From positions 212,247 through 236,246 of the forward strand of contig JAXGIL010000003.1 of NCBI GenBank assembly GCA_040770765.1: DNA of 24,000 nucleotides, given 5' to 3'. This document shows, one piece after another, positions 9,287-17,614 of the stretch (its first letter is position 1; every line of letters starts with the position of its first letter). Position numbers and translations under genes: made by a program. Source of the stretch: Sedimentibacter sp. (GTDB taxonomy: Bacteria > Bacillota > Clostridia > Tissierellales > Sedimentibacteraceae). A model generated the notes under the pieces. That model was not told where the DNA came from and searched no databases. It worked only from the letters and a program-made list of their open reading frames with translations.

Positions 9287-10468
9287 TTACACCTCTTTTA
9301 TATCTCTTGTTTCTGCTTCTATTTTAAAGTCAGCAAATCTTATATGAAGAATATCTTTTAATTCTACCTGTTCTTTATGCTTTATAATATTTCCTGAATT
9401 GTCCGATACCAACGCAAATCCCTTTTCAAGCTGTTTCTTGTAATCAAAAGTATTCAATTTTTCTAACATTATTTTAAGATTGAAACAATACTCATTAATT
9501 TGTGAGGTAGTTTTATTTTTTATTAAATTTTTATAAGTATTTAACTGATTTTTTGTTTTATAAATATCCTCTAAGGGCAGGCTGCTTCTTAATAAATATT
9601 TATTAGATATTAGTTCAGCCTTTTTTAATGATATGGTATTGTTTGTTTCTGATTTCAAGGTAAATACAAGATTATCGAGCTTTTCTTCAATATCTTTGTA
9701 GTTTCTAATAATTCTTTCGGCTGCAGCAGTCGGAGTATGACAGTATACATCAGCCACATAGTCGGTCAGTGTTCTGTCTGTTTCGTGTCCTATTCCGGTA
9801 ACAACCACAATATTGGATTTATAAACTTCCATTGCTACGTCCATATCGTTAAAAACATTTAAATCCTCAAAACTTCCTCCTCCTCTTGAAATGAGAATTA
9901 CGTCAGTTTCCACACTGTTAAAATATTTTAATCCTTCAATAATACTTTTTTTGGATTTTTCTCCTTGTACCAATGTGTTGTATATAGTTATATCAATGTT
10001 GGCTTTTACATTTTCAAATGTTTTTAATATATCCTTGATGGCTGCCCCAGTCTTTGAGGTAATTATGCCTATTCTTTGAGGGAATTCGGGAAGCTCTCTT
10101 TTGCGGTCAAAGAGTCCCTGCTCTTTTAGTTTTTCTTTTAATAGCTCCAAATCTAAAAGAATTTTACCTAATCCTGCCCTTTCAATATCTCTAACAATTA
10201 GCTGGTAGGTACCCCTTGCTTCGTATACGGAAAGCTCTCCTTCCGCTATTATTTTGTCCCCGTTTTTTGAAATTGTGTCGGCAAAAAAAGCAACACAAGA
10301 TATACATGATATTTCATCGCATAATGAAAAATAAGTATAGCCTGTCTTACTTATTCTAATGTTTGTAATTTCACCCTCAACCCTCAAATTATTCAGGATT
10401 GAATTACTCATTAAGTACTTCTTTATATATTGGTTTAAAACAGAAACTTTAATTGGTTTTAATTTCAT
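9287..10468 (-). CDS. xseA: Exodeoxyribonuclease VII large subunit
   Basis: It has an OB-fold N-terminus followed by the catalytic region (IGIITSKTGAAIKDI, ISRGGGSFEDL, TGIGHETD). The start is at the ATG at 10468 (MKLKPIKV) after AGGTGG. The track ORF has an 11-codon upstream extension. Confidence 0.93.
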   Translation of the reverse strand: MKLKPIKVSVLNQYIKKYLMSNSILNNLRVEGEITNIRISKTGYTYFSLCDEISCISCVAFFADTISKNGDKIIAEGELSVYEARGTYQLIVRDIERAGLGKILLDLELLKEKLKEQGLFDRKRELPEFPQRIGIITSKTGAAIKDILKTFENVKANIDITIYNTLVQGEKSKKSIIEGLKYFNSVETDVILISRGGGSFEDLNVFNDMDVAMEVYKSNIVVVTGIGHETDRTLTDYVADVYCHTPTAAAERIIRNYKDIEEKLDNLVFTLKSETNNTISLKKAELISNKYLLRSSLPLEDIYKTKNQLNTYKNLIKNKTTSQINEYCFNLKIMLEKLNTFDYKKQLEKGFALVSDNSGNIIKHKEQVELKDILHIRFADFKIEAETRDIKEV

Positions 10469-11396
10469 TGTGCCACCTGTCAATAATGGGGAGATATGCA
10501 AGACCTAATGCATTGTCGGAAGAATTATTTACAGCAGGAAATAATACTTCATATCCTTTAACACTTTTTGTGATATAATTTCTTATATAGCTGTTGGATG
10601 CAACTCCTCCCGAAATAATTAAGGTTTTGTGTTGAAGATGTGACAGACTGCTTATTATATGTACTATATATTCGGCAATATAATCAAAAAGTGAAGTAAT
10701 TATTACTTCCTTTGAATATTTATTTAGCAGATTGCCAAAATAGTTTTCCATTCCTGATAAGTTTATATATGAACCTTTTATCAGTCTTGGTCTTGTAATT
10801 TTTTCAAAAGTTTTGTCTTTAATGTATTCCTCCATATATTTTCCGCAAGGAAATATAAAACCCATCATGATTCCAAGCCTGTCTATGAGCTGTCCGAATG
10901 TAATATCCTTTGTCCCGCCTACAATTTTAATATCGAAGCCTTTAATGGCTTTATTGCAAGACAAAAATTCCGTGGTACCACCTGATATATGCACTGCAAG
11001 GAATTCATCGATATTTTTATAATTGTTTATTATTGAAGCTGCTATATGGTTTTCCTGATGAGAATATTCCAAAAACTCGCAATTTAATGTATCAGAAATA
11101 ACCTTTCCGAAATTTCTTCCTGCAATAAATACGGGCATATATGAGTTTTCAGCATTTCGAGGTTTTGAACTAACTGATACAATCTTAATATTTGAAAGGT
11201 CATATGGAATTTTTTCGTATAGCTCCGGCAAGTTTTTTAAATGCTGAAATACAGCTTCTTGCTGTCTTAGGCCTTTTTGTCCTTTTTTTACTTCGAGTAC
11301 CTTTCTTTCATCTGCAAGTATTTCATTGCTTTCTTCGTTAATAAGTGCAACGGATGTTGTATAAGAGCTTGTATCAATTCCAAGTATATATCTCAT
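10449..11396 (-). CDS. TsaD/Kae1 (peptidase M22, ASKHA-fold) family paralog of unknown specific function
   Basis: The motifs ILGIDTSSYTTSVALI, SHQENH (the HxxxH metal ligands), SGGVASNSYIR and SSDNALGLA align with TsaD motifs. The ATG at 11396 overlaps the nusB stop (ATGA) and follows the SD AAGGTG. The 3' end overlaps the xseA start by 20 nt. Confidence 0.75.
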   Translation of the reverse strand: MRYILGIDTSSYTTSVALINEESNEILADERKVLEVKKGQKGLRQQEAVFQHLKNLPELYEKIPYDLSNIKIVSVSSKPRNAENSYMPVFIAGRNFGKVISDTLNCEFLEYSHQENHIAASIINNYKNIDEFLAVHISGGTTEFLSCNKAIKGFDIKIVGGTKDITFGQLIDRLGIMMGFIFPCGKYMEEYIKDKTFEKITRPRLIKGSYINLSGMENYFGNLLNKYSKEVIITSLFDYIAEYIVHIISSLSHLQHKTLIISGGVASNSYIRNYITKSVKGYEVLFPAVNNSSDNALGLAYLPIIDRWHNEIKTN

Positions 11397-11797
11397 TTTT
11401 TTATGCACCTTACTACAGTACCTAAGATTCCGTTAATGAATTTATGGGAGTCTTCTTTTGAAAATTTTTTGCTTATTTCCACTGCTTCGTTAATTGATAC
11501 ACTTTCAGGTATTGTTTCATTATATAATATTTCAGAAAGAGCTATACGTAAGACTGCAAGGTCTACCTTTGCAATACGGGAGAGCTTCCAGTCCTTGGAA
11601 TTATCGGTAATATGTTTGTCTATTTCTTCCATATTGTCAATCATATCGGATATTGTTTTATTTAAATAATCAATATCCATGTTTTCAAGCTCAAAATGCT
11701 CTAAATATTCTGTAATATTATTTTTGTTAAAATCTTTGTTTACGTCCATACTGTATGCAATTTTTACAGCTTCTTCTCTAGTTTCTTTACGTTTCAT
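11393..11797 (-). CDS. nusB: Transcription antitermination factor NusB
   Basis: It begins MKRKETREEAVKIAYS and contains DLAVLRIALSEILY and SINEAVEISKKF. The start is at 11797 after AGGAG. The track ORF is extended by 21 codons. Confidence 0.93.
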   Translation of the reverse strand: MKRKETREEAVKIAYSMDVNKDFNKNNITEYLEHFELENMDIDYLNKTISDMIDNMEEIDKHITDNSKDWKLSRIAKVDLAVLRIALSEILYNETIPESVSINEAVEISKKFSKEDSHKFINGILGTVVRCIKK

Positions 11798-11862
11798 GTT
11801 TACTCCTGATACTATAAAAGTTTTACTGCCGCAGAAGGTATACTCTTCCTTATGCACCATTA

Positions 11863-11890
11863 GGGGGACAATCCATATGGTGTGTCCCCC
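11863..11890 (-). other. Strong GC hairpin between the asp23-like gene and nusB, with no U-tract
   Basis: GGGGGACA, a 12-nt loop, then TGTCCCCC: an 8-bp GC-rich stem. Neither strand has a T-run after it. Confidence 0.5.
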
Positions 11891-11895
11891 ATCCT

Positions 11896-12300
11896 CTACT
11901 CTATTGCTATGTTGGCAGCATCCTTTTCTTTTTCTTGTACTTTCTCCTGTATTTTTTCCTGAACGATATTAAGTACGTGGACGTTTACAGCTGCCACCTT
12001 TAAGTCTGTCATAGTTTCAATTTCTTTCTTTATTGCTAATTGAACTTCTCTTGCTACCTCATTTATTTTATAGCCATATTCAACATTGATAAAAATGTCC
12101 ACTACTACTGTATCTTCATTAACATCGACTTTTATACCTTTTGAATAATTATTTTTTGAAAATAAATTGGTGATTCCGTCTGTTACACCTGTACGAGTAG
12201 TATTGACGCCTTTAACTTGACTCGCTGCTATACCTGCAATAATTATTACAACATCATCGGATATTTTTACCTGACCGAATTCAAATTTTTCATTGTCCAT
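11896..12300 (-). CDS. Asp23/Gls24-family (alkaline shock) protein
   Basis: 134 aa containing ISDDVVIIIAGIAASQVKGV, typical of the Asp23 family. SD AGGAGGTG. It occupies the same position (before nusB) as yqhY in Bacillus. Confidence 0.88.
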   Translation of the reverse strand: MDNEKFEFGQVKISDDVVIIIAGIAASQVKGVNTTRTGVTDGITNLFSKNNYSKGIKVDVNEDTVVVDIFINVEYGYKINEVAREVQLAIKKEIETMTDLKVAAVNVHVLNIVQEKIQEKVQEKEKDAANIAIE

Positions 12301-12342
12301 TGTAGCACCTCCTAAAATAATTATAGCAGAAGTTGAAAATAT

Positions 12343-12990
12343 TTACAAATCAATATTATCAAATTTCACGATTTTTATTTGAGAAGGTGTATAATTAGTT
12401 TCTGAAACGACTACATCTAAAATAACTGTGGCATCTGCCTTTTCAATCGTGTCATTTGTTACAATTTTAACCATGCTTTCATCTACAATGGCAACTGATT
12501 CGTTATACCCTTTTGATTGAAGCATAAGCTCAATTCCCTGTTCTGCTTCAATAAATGAATTCTTTTTCAATAAAAGCTGCTCAAATTGCTCCTTAGTTTC
12601 GTCAGATATCAATGATGAGCTCAAACTTTCTTCAAGATAATCCAATACATCCATGTTGCTTTTTTCCTTGTTTAATTTAAAGTTAGCAAAGCTGGCATTT
12701 AAAACACCCAGGACACCTTCCGAGGAAGCTTCCTCAGCAGACGATAAATCTGTTATATCCCCCAAAATTTCATAATCTGTTTCCTCCGGCAGCACTTCTG
12801 CAAAATCAACTTCATTAACTCCGCCCTCAATTATTTCTGCAATGTCACCTTCCAAATCTGCCGGCTCCATCTGGCCTGTTTCAAGATCATCAAATGCATT
12901 ATCCGGCGTCAAACTCATATTTATATACCCAATAATAAATATTATTGCCAGAGATGCTAAAAATACTAATGTTTCTTTTCTCATTATCAT
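12343..12990 (-). CDS. spoIIIAH: Stage III sporulation protein AH
   Basis: It has an N-terminal TM segment, an acidic linker and a C-terminal YscJ/FliF-like region (LMLQSKGYNESVAIVDE...VKIVT...ILDVV). It is the last gene of the spoIIIA operon. Confidence 0.8.
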   Translation of the reverse strand: MIMRKETLVFLASLAIIFIIGYINMSLTPDNAFDDLETGQMEPADLEGDIAEIIEGGVNEVDFAEVLPEETDYEILGDITDLSSAEEASSEGVLGVLNASFANFKLNKEKSNMDVLDYLEESLSSSLISDETKEQFEQLLLKKNSFIEAEQGIELMLQSKGYNESVAIVDESMVKIVTNDTIEKADATVILDVVVSETNYTPSQIKIVKFDNIDL

Positions 12991-12999
12991 AAGACCCCC

Positions 13000-13542
13000 T
13001 TAGTTTATAACTATTATTTCAATATCATTTAATTTGATATCCAATAAAGTTTTTACAGAATTGATTAGAATACTGTAAATATCTTTATTTCCGCTGTAAT
13101 TTACTACCACAAGCACACCGGATATTTCAGGATATTGATAATACCGCTCAACTACTGAATTATCCCTGCCTAATATTGCTTTATTTTGTTTTGTCTCTCT
13201 GTTCACCTCTCTTTTAGTACCGTCACTCATAGATTCAATATTTGTTTCATTGCTGATATTTTCATCATAAACAGGTTCCAGTATCGGAGTTTGTTTTGTG
13301 TAAATCATTACATCAACACTGTTAATATCATCAATTTTACTAAGTATTTCCTCCATTCTTTTTTCTAATGCATATACATAGCTTTCTGTTTTCACTTCAC
13401 TATCTTGATAACTTACAGGCTCCCCTGAAACTTTTGAAAAATCAAGTTTTAATATTAAGGATATTATCACCAGCAATATGAAAACATTAACTGCATAGCT
13501 TAATTTTTTGTTTTCTTTTAGCATTTTAAAAAATTCATTCAT
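13000..13542 (-). CDS. spoIIIAG: Stage III sporulation protein AG
   Basis: It has an N-terminal TM segment. The C-terminal PEISGVLVVVNYSGNKDI...VKTLLDI matches the SpoIIIAG ring-forming region. The operon position also fits. Confidence 0.8.
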   Translation of the reverse strand: MNEFFKMLKENKKLSYAVNVFILLVIISLILKLDFSKVSGEPVSYQDSEVKTESYVYALEKRMEEILSKIDDINSVDVMIYTKQTPILEPVYDENISNETNIESMSDGTKREVNRETKQNKAILGRDNSVVERYYQYPEISGVLVVVNYSGNKDIYSILINSVKTLLDIKLNDIEIIVIN

Positions 13543-13978
13543 AAGCCCCTCCGTTTATTTCTATCTTATCTGAGCTAAGTTGAAAAATTTCAGCTATGTT
13601 TGATTTCAATCTATCGAGCTCATCTTTTCCAATCATCTTTCTTAGGTTGACTATGGCTGATATTTGCATGTCCTCTTGAAATCTTAAGATAATATTTGAA
13701 ACAACTTCTCCTTGGAAATTCTCTTTATTAATTGATTCAATAATTTCGGGAGAAATGCTTTTTACGTTTACCTCTCTTTGAAAGGCAGGAACTTCGGTTG
13801 TTACCGGCAATTTTACATTCATGCTCCCATTAAGAAATATATTATCCAGAATGAAAATAATGATTAAAAGTTTAATAGATATTCTGCAAAATTTCTGTGT
13901 TTTTCCCTCCGGGAAAATTATCATTATTAAATTAAAAATAAGTATTAATATCAAGGTATTAACAATCGTTGTTTTCAT
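13535..13978 (-). CDS. spoIIIAF: Stage III sporulation protein AF
   Basis: It has two N-terminal TM helices and the expected operon position. The start was trimmed to the ATG at 13978 (MKTTIVN), directly after the spoIIIAE stop. Confidence 0.78.
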   Translation of the reverse strand: MKTTIVNTLILILIFNLIMIIFPEGKTQKFCRISIKLLIIIFILDNIFLNGSMNVKLPVTTEVPAFQREVNVKSISPEIIESINKENFQGEVVSNIILRFQEDMQISAIVNLRKMIGKDELDRLKSNIAEIFQLSSDKIEINGGAYE

Positions 13979-13980
13979 AG

Positions 13981-15114
13981 TTATCCTAATATGTTGTTCA
14001 TATAATTTATTATTATTGAGTAATAAACAGTGACAATTACTAAGGGAGTAATAAGGCATATAAGGTAAATATAGAATATATCCGCCATTTCATAAATCAG
14101 ATTGGATATATTTTCATTAAAAGGTTCAGTCACTACCCCTAATACTTTGTATATAATAAGTGCTATACTAATCTTTATTATTGAGCCGCCAAATGATGAC
14201 AGAATAAAAACTATTACTACAATTCCAAGTACATCTTTTATCATCAATAAGCTTTTTAAAAAAACACCGAAGAAAGATGTTACTGCATTTCCCACAACAG
14301 GCAATGAAGCCGGAGACATTGCCTTTAATGAACTTATAAAAATATTATCTGTTTTATATAATATATATCCTTGTACAGAAAAATTTATGACTACAATAAT
14401 CATAAATCCGGTTAAAATTAAAAGGGTTCCTTTTTTTAATGCCTTGTACAAAAGCTTGGCATTAATAAGCTCATTCATGTTGTTGGTTAATATAACAGCT
14501 ATCATTATTACCGTCATAATATCGATGAAGCTGTAAATAAACTGAGTTGTAATCCCTATTGTATAGTTAAGGGAAGTTTGAAAGAACTGCAGCAAACTCA
14601 ACTTACCGAATGTAAGCATTGCTGCCATAAATATTGCATTGATTTCTTCCGTAATAGTTTTAAAATCAGTAAAATCACTTTTAAGTATACTTTTAATGCT
14701 AAGTACATCCTTAAGTATGATAGTAAAAATAATAATTACCGAAAATAATACAACTATGTCCGAAACACTTTTTCCGGTATCTTCATCGGTAAAATAGTTT
14801 ATTATGGTTAGAGCTATGCAAATGATAAACACATTGATACCGGTTTTCAAAATATCTTTGAAAAAACTTTGTTCTTTTTTTAACTCATAGTACAAATAAT
14901 CCTTCAAGCTCACATCTAAGTTTCCTGTAAAAGCGTTTCTTATCAAGTCTCGTATACGTATGTTATTTTCTCTGAAATACGCATTTTTTTCGTTTATATA
15001 ATCTTCTATACCCTTAGTAGGAATTTCATCCATTGCTTCGTCCATGGTTGAGGCTTTGCACGTAAAGGTAAATAATACGGTAAACACAATTATAAATAAG
15101 GTTATTTTTTTCAT
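13981..15114 (-). CDS. spoIIIAE: Stage III sporulation protein AE (polytopic membrane)
   Basis: 377 aa with a signal peptide followed by multiple TM helices. Size and operon position match SpoIIIAE. Confidence 0.88.
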   Translation of the reverse strand: MKKITLFIIVFTVLFTFTCKASTMDEAMDEIPTKGIEDYINEKNAYFRENNIRIRDLIRNAFTGNLDVSLKDYLYYELKKEQSFFKDILKTGINVFIICIALTIINYFTDEDTGKSVSDIVVLFSVIIIFTIILKDVLSIKSILKSDFTDFKTITEEINAIFMAAMLTFGKLSLLQFFQTSLNYTIGITTQFIYSFIDIMTVIMIAVILTNNMNELINAKLLYKALKKGTLLILTGFMIIVVINFSVQGYILYKTDNIFISSLKAMSPASLPVVGNAVTSFFGVFLKSLLMIKDVLGIVVIVFILSSFGGSIIKISIALIIYKVLGVVTEPFNENISNLIYEMADIFYIYLICLITPLVIVTVYYSIIINYMNNILG

Positions 15115-15118
15115 TTTA

Positions 15119-15508
15119 TCACCCGTTAACTAAGATCAAAATTTGATCTAAAAATATTTTTATAACATCAATGGAATAGATGAGTATTATAAGCTTTCCG
15201 GCAATTTCAACCTTTTTCCCCACAGATTCATAATCTAAATCCTTGCATAAAAGTGATATGAAGTCACAAATGTAAGCTATACCGACAATTTTTAATATGG
15301 TACCGAAATATTCAGTCTTTATATCATATTTTACAAATAAATCTACAATTTCTTCCAAATAAACTCTAAGCTCTTTAAAAAGCAGGAAAATTACAACAAT
15401 ACCGAAAATAACTGTTATGTAGACTTTGAATTCGGAGTTGAATTTGGATAAAGTTATTCCCATAATTAATGTAATTACAGCTATAAGAATTATTTTCATC
15501 AAAAGCAT
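15119..15508 (-). CDS. spoIIIAD: Stage III sporulation protein AD
   Basis: Small 4-TM protein with the conserved ILKIVGIAYICDF and VEIAGKLIILIY segments. I prefer the ATG at 15508, preceded by GAAGAGGGA, over the TTG at 15523 used by the track. Confidence 0.83.
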   Translation of the reverse strand: MLLMKIILIAVITLIMGITLSKFNSEFKVYITVIFGIVVIFLLFKELRVYLEEIVDLFVKYDIKTEYFGTILKIVGIAYICDFISLLCKDLDYESVGKKVEIAGKLIILIYSIDVIKIFLDQILILVNG

Positions 15509-15519
15509 GATATCCCTCT

Positions 15520-15717
15520 TCAATATAAGTTAAATACAGATTTTACCTCCGTAAACAGTTCATTCATCATTCCCACAATCAAAGCCATTACAACAATAAC
15601 TCCCGCTAAGGTAACAAACATGGCTTGTTCATCTCTTCCCGTCTTTGTTAAAATCTGATTAAATACCGCAACTACAATTCCTATTGCGCCTATTTTAAAA
15701 ATTAAATCTATATCCAT
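15520..15717 (-). CDS. spoIIIAC: Stage III sporulation protein AC
   Basis: 65-aa 2-TM protein (MDIDLIFKIGAIGIVVAVFNQILTKTGRDEQA...). The start is at 15717 after AGGAGGG. Confidence 0.85.
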   Translation of the reverse strand: MDIDLIFKIGAIGIVVAVFNQILTKTGRDEQAMFVTLAGVIVVMALIVGMMNELFTEVKSVFNLY

Positions 15718-15725
15718 ATTCCCTC

Positions 15726-16229
15726 CTAAGACATTATGATAGCTGCCAGACAACCAGCAAGAAATGAAATTCTGTTGTTTAATGTTTTTTTCTCATTGTG
15801 CTTAATAGAAAATTCTTTCATAGCCCTTTCCATTTCTTCGATGGTAAATTTAAGCTTTCTGTCCAATACTTCCGAATATGTATAACCATAGTAATCAATT
15901 ATTTCCGTAAAATATGCATTAAAGGTCTCCGGAGTTGACATAATTTTATTTATGTTAACCAAAAGCTCTTTTGAGCTTTTTTTGTTTTTCAAAATATTTA
16001 TCATAGACTTTATTATCACTTCTGTTTCTATGCTTTTAAAATTATATTTTAAGCATATTTCTTCTATAGACATTTTCATATCACACGAATATACCCTGAG
16101 ATATTCCGTGAAATTAATTAATTCCTTCATTTTTTTTATTTTTTCATCACCATCATGGTTTATTGAGCTGAATATATACTTAACGGTAACTACTGTGCCT
16201 GCAAATAGTGCAATCCTAATCCAAATCAT
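15726..16229 (-). CDS. spoIIIAB: Stage III sporulation protein AB
   Basis: 167 aa with TM helices at the N- and C-termini. Operon position and size match SpoIIIAB. It overlaps the end of spoIIIAA by 14 nt. Confidence 0.8.
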   Translation of the reverse strand: MIWIRIALFAGTVVTVKYIFSSINHDGDEKIKKMKELINFTEYLRVYSCDMKMSIEEICLKYNFKSIETEVIIKSMINILKNKKSSKELLVNINKIMSTPETFNAYFTEIIDYYGYTYSEVLDRKLKFTIEEMERAMKEFSIKHNEKKTLNNRISFLAGCLAAIIMS

Positions 16230-17139
16230 TGTAAATCAACCTGTTCTTTTGAAAATCAAATACTTCATTTACTTTTAAGGGTCGTTTGTCTAAAACAAAT
16301 GCTCTTTCAAAGAAATTGTTATCTATTATATTTTTTAGGTATAAATTTCTTTTCACATCATCCAAACTAAACCCGTGTGCAGTTGCCACAACTTTTATTC
16401 CGCTTTTCAGTGCATATTGTATAATTTCAAAATCCTCTAGAGAGCCTAATTCATCAGAAACTATTACCTTGGGAGAGAGTGCCCTTATACTCATGAAAAA
16501 TCCGTCACTTTTTTTGCAGTAGGACAAAACATCTGTCCTTCTGCCTGTATTCATTTGTGGAATACCGTTATAAACGGCGCTTATTTCTCCTCTTTCATCG
16601 ATTAAAGTTACGTCAAAACCTTCAAAATACGGGTTTTTAAAGCCGTCGCTTAAATTTCTTGCTACGTCTCTTATTAATGTTGTCTTCCCTGAAAGCGGCG
16701 GTCCTATAATCAATGTATTGTAAATATTTTTATCCGGAGTTATGAAATGCTTTAATGCTTTTTCGGAGCATCCCGGAAATTCTTTTGCAATTCTAATGTT
16801 AAGAGAAGTAATGTTTTTAAATCCCTTAAGCCCATTTTTGTCATAGATGCAGTCTCCGCTTATACCAACCCTATGTCCTCCTTCTGTGGTTATGTAGCCC
16901 TTGTTTATTTCGTTTTCAAATGCATGTATTGAATTTTTGGTTAAGTTTCCCAAAATATCATCGATATCTTTTTTAGTAATAACAATACTTTCATCTAAAA
17001 AAAACTCTCTTTTTAGAGTTTTAATAAGTACCGGACTGTTAATTCTAAGCCTGATTTCAATGATTTCATCCAAAATACCGCAATCTCTAATAATAATATT
17101 TTTTATTCTTGTTTCTAAATGGTTCAATAAATTTAACAT
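16216..17139 (-). CDS. spoIIIAA: Stage III sporulation protein AA (secretion-type ATPase)
   Basis: 307 aa with Walker A GPPLSGKTT and Walker B-like VIVSDELG. It is the first gene of the spoIIIA operon. Confidence 0.9.
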   Translation of the reverse strand: MLNLLNHLETRIKNIIIRDCGILDEIIEIRLRINSPVLIKTLKREFFLDESIVITKKDIDDILGNLTKNSIHAFENEINKGYITTEGGHRVGISGDCIYDKNGLKGFKNITSLNIRIAKEFPGCSEKALKHFITPDKNIYNTLIIGPPLSGKTTLIRDVARNLSDGFKNPYFEGFDVTLIDERGEISAVYNGIPQMNTGRRTDVLSYCKKSDGFFMSIRALSPKVIVSDELGSLEDFEIIQYALKSGIKVVATAHGFSLDDVKRNLYLKNIIDNNFFERAFVLDKRPLKVNEVFDFQKNRLIYNDLD

Positions 17140-17291
17140 GTTCTCTCCTACCTTGTCCTCTTAATCTATAATATTATTAATTTAAAAATTTATGACTTAT
17201 TTTGTTTCCTCTGCTGAACTGATTTTTAGATTTATAGCTTCGTTCAGAATCACCACATGTTTACCATAACACGTTAAATGAATCACTTTGT

Positions 17292-17318
17292 CATCCTGAG
17301 CGAAAGAGGATGTTTTTA
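17292..17318 (+). terminator. Orphan terminator-like hairpin (plus strand) with no upstream plus-strand gene
   Basis: CATCCT, the loop GAGCGAAAG, then AGGATG followed by TTTTTAT. Confidence 0.4.
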
Positions 17319-17360
17319 TAAGATTCGCCAAAAAAATATCAAATTTTTTTAAAAAAGAGG

Positions 17361-17388
17361 TTTACAAATATATAATTAATGGTATAAT
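17361..17388 (+). promoter_or_regulatory. Sigma-A-type promoter of the FMN riboswitch-ribU unit
   Basis: TTTACA, a 16-nt spacer, then TATAAT, ending about 10 nt before the aptamer. Confidence 0.55.
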
Positions 17389-17398
17389 AGTCATGTAA

Positions 17399-17510
17399 AT
17401 ATCTTCAGGGCAGGGTGAAATTCCCGACCGGCGGTAAAGTCCGCGAGCCGAAAGGTTGAATTGGTGAGATTCCAATACCGACAGTAAAGTCTGGATGGTA
17501 GAAGAGATTA
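17399..17510 (+). promoter_or_regulatory. FMN riboswitch (RFN element) aptamer
   Basis: CTTCAGGGCAGGGTGAAATTCCCGACCGGCGGTAAAGTCCGCGAGCC...GGTGAGATTCCAATACCGACAGTAAAGTCTGGATGGTAGAAGAG matches the highly conserved RFN core. It lies upstream of a riboflavin transporter. Confidence 0.93.
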
Positions 17511-17541
17511 CTTGCATCTTGTAAGCAAATTCTTTAAAATG

Positions 17542-17570
17542 CCTCTGAAGATTTCAGAGGATTTTTATTT
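17542..17570 (+). terminator. Riboswitch expression-platform terminator
   Basis: CCTCTGAA, the loop GAT, then TTCAGAGG followed by ATTTTTATTT. Confidence 0.75.
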
Positions 17571-17614
17571 GCCTCTGACAATCTTAAAATCGTGCTGAGC
17601 ACAAGGAGGAAAAT

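Noticed and set aside
17140-17260. Sigma-E promoter for spoIIIAA
   Set aside because: One is expected from Bacillus biology, but I could not find a CATACA-type -10 with a properly spaced -35. Only weak candidates are present (TCATAAAT ... TATTATAG), so I did not annotate it.
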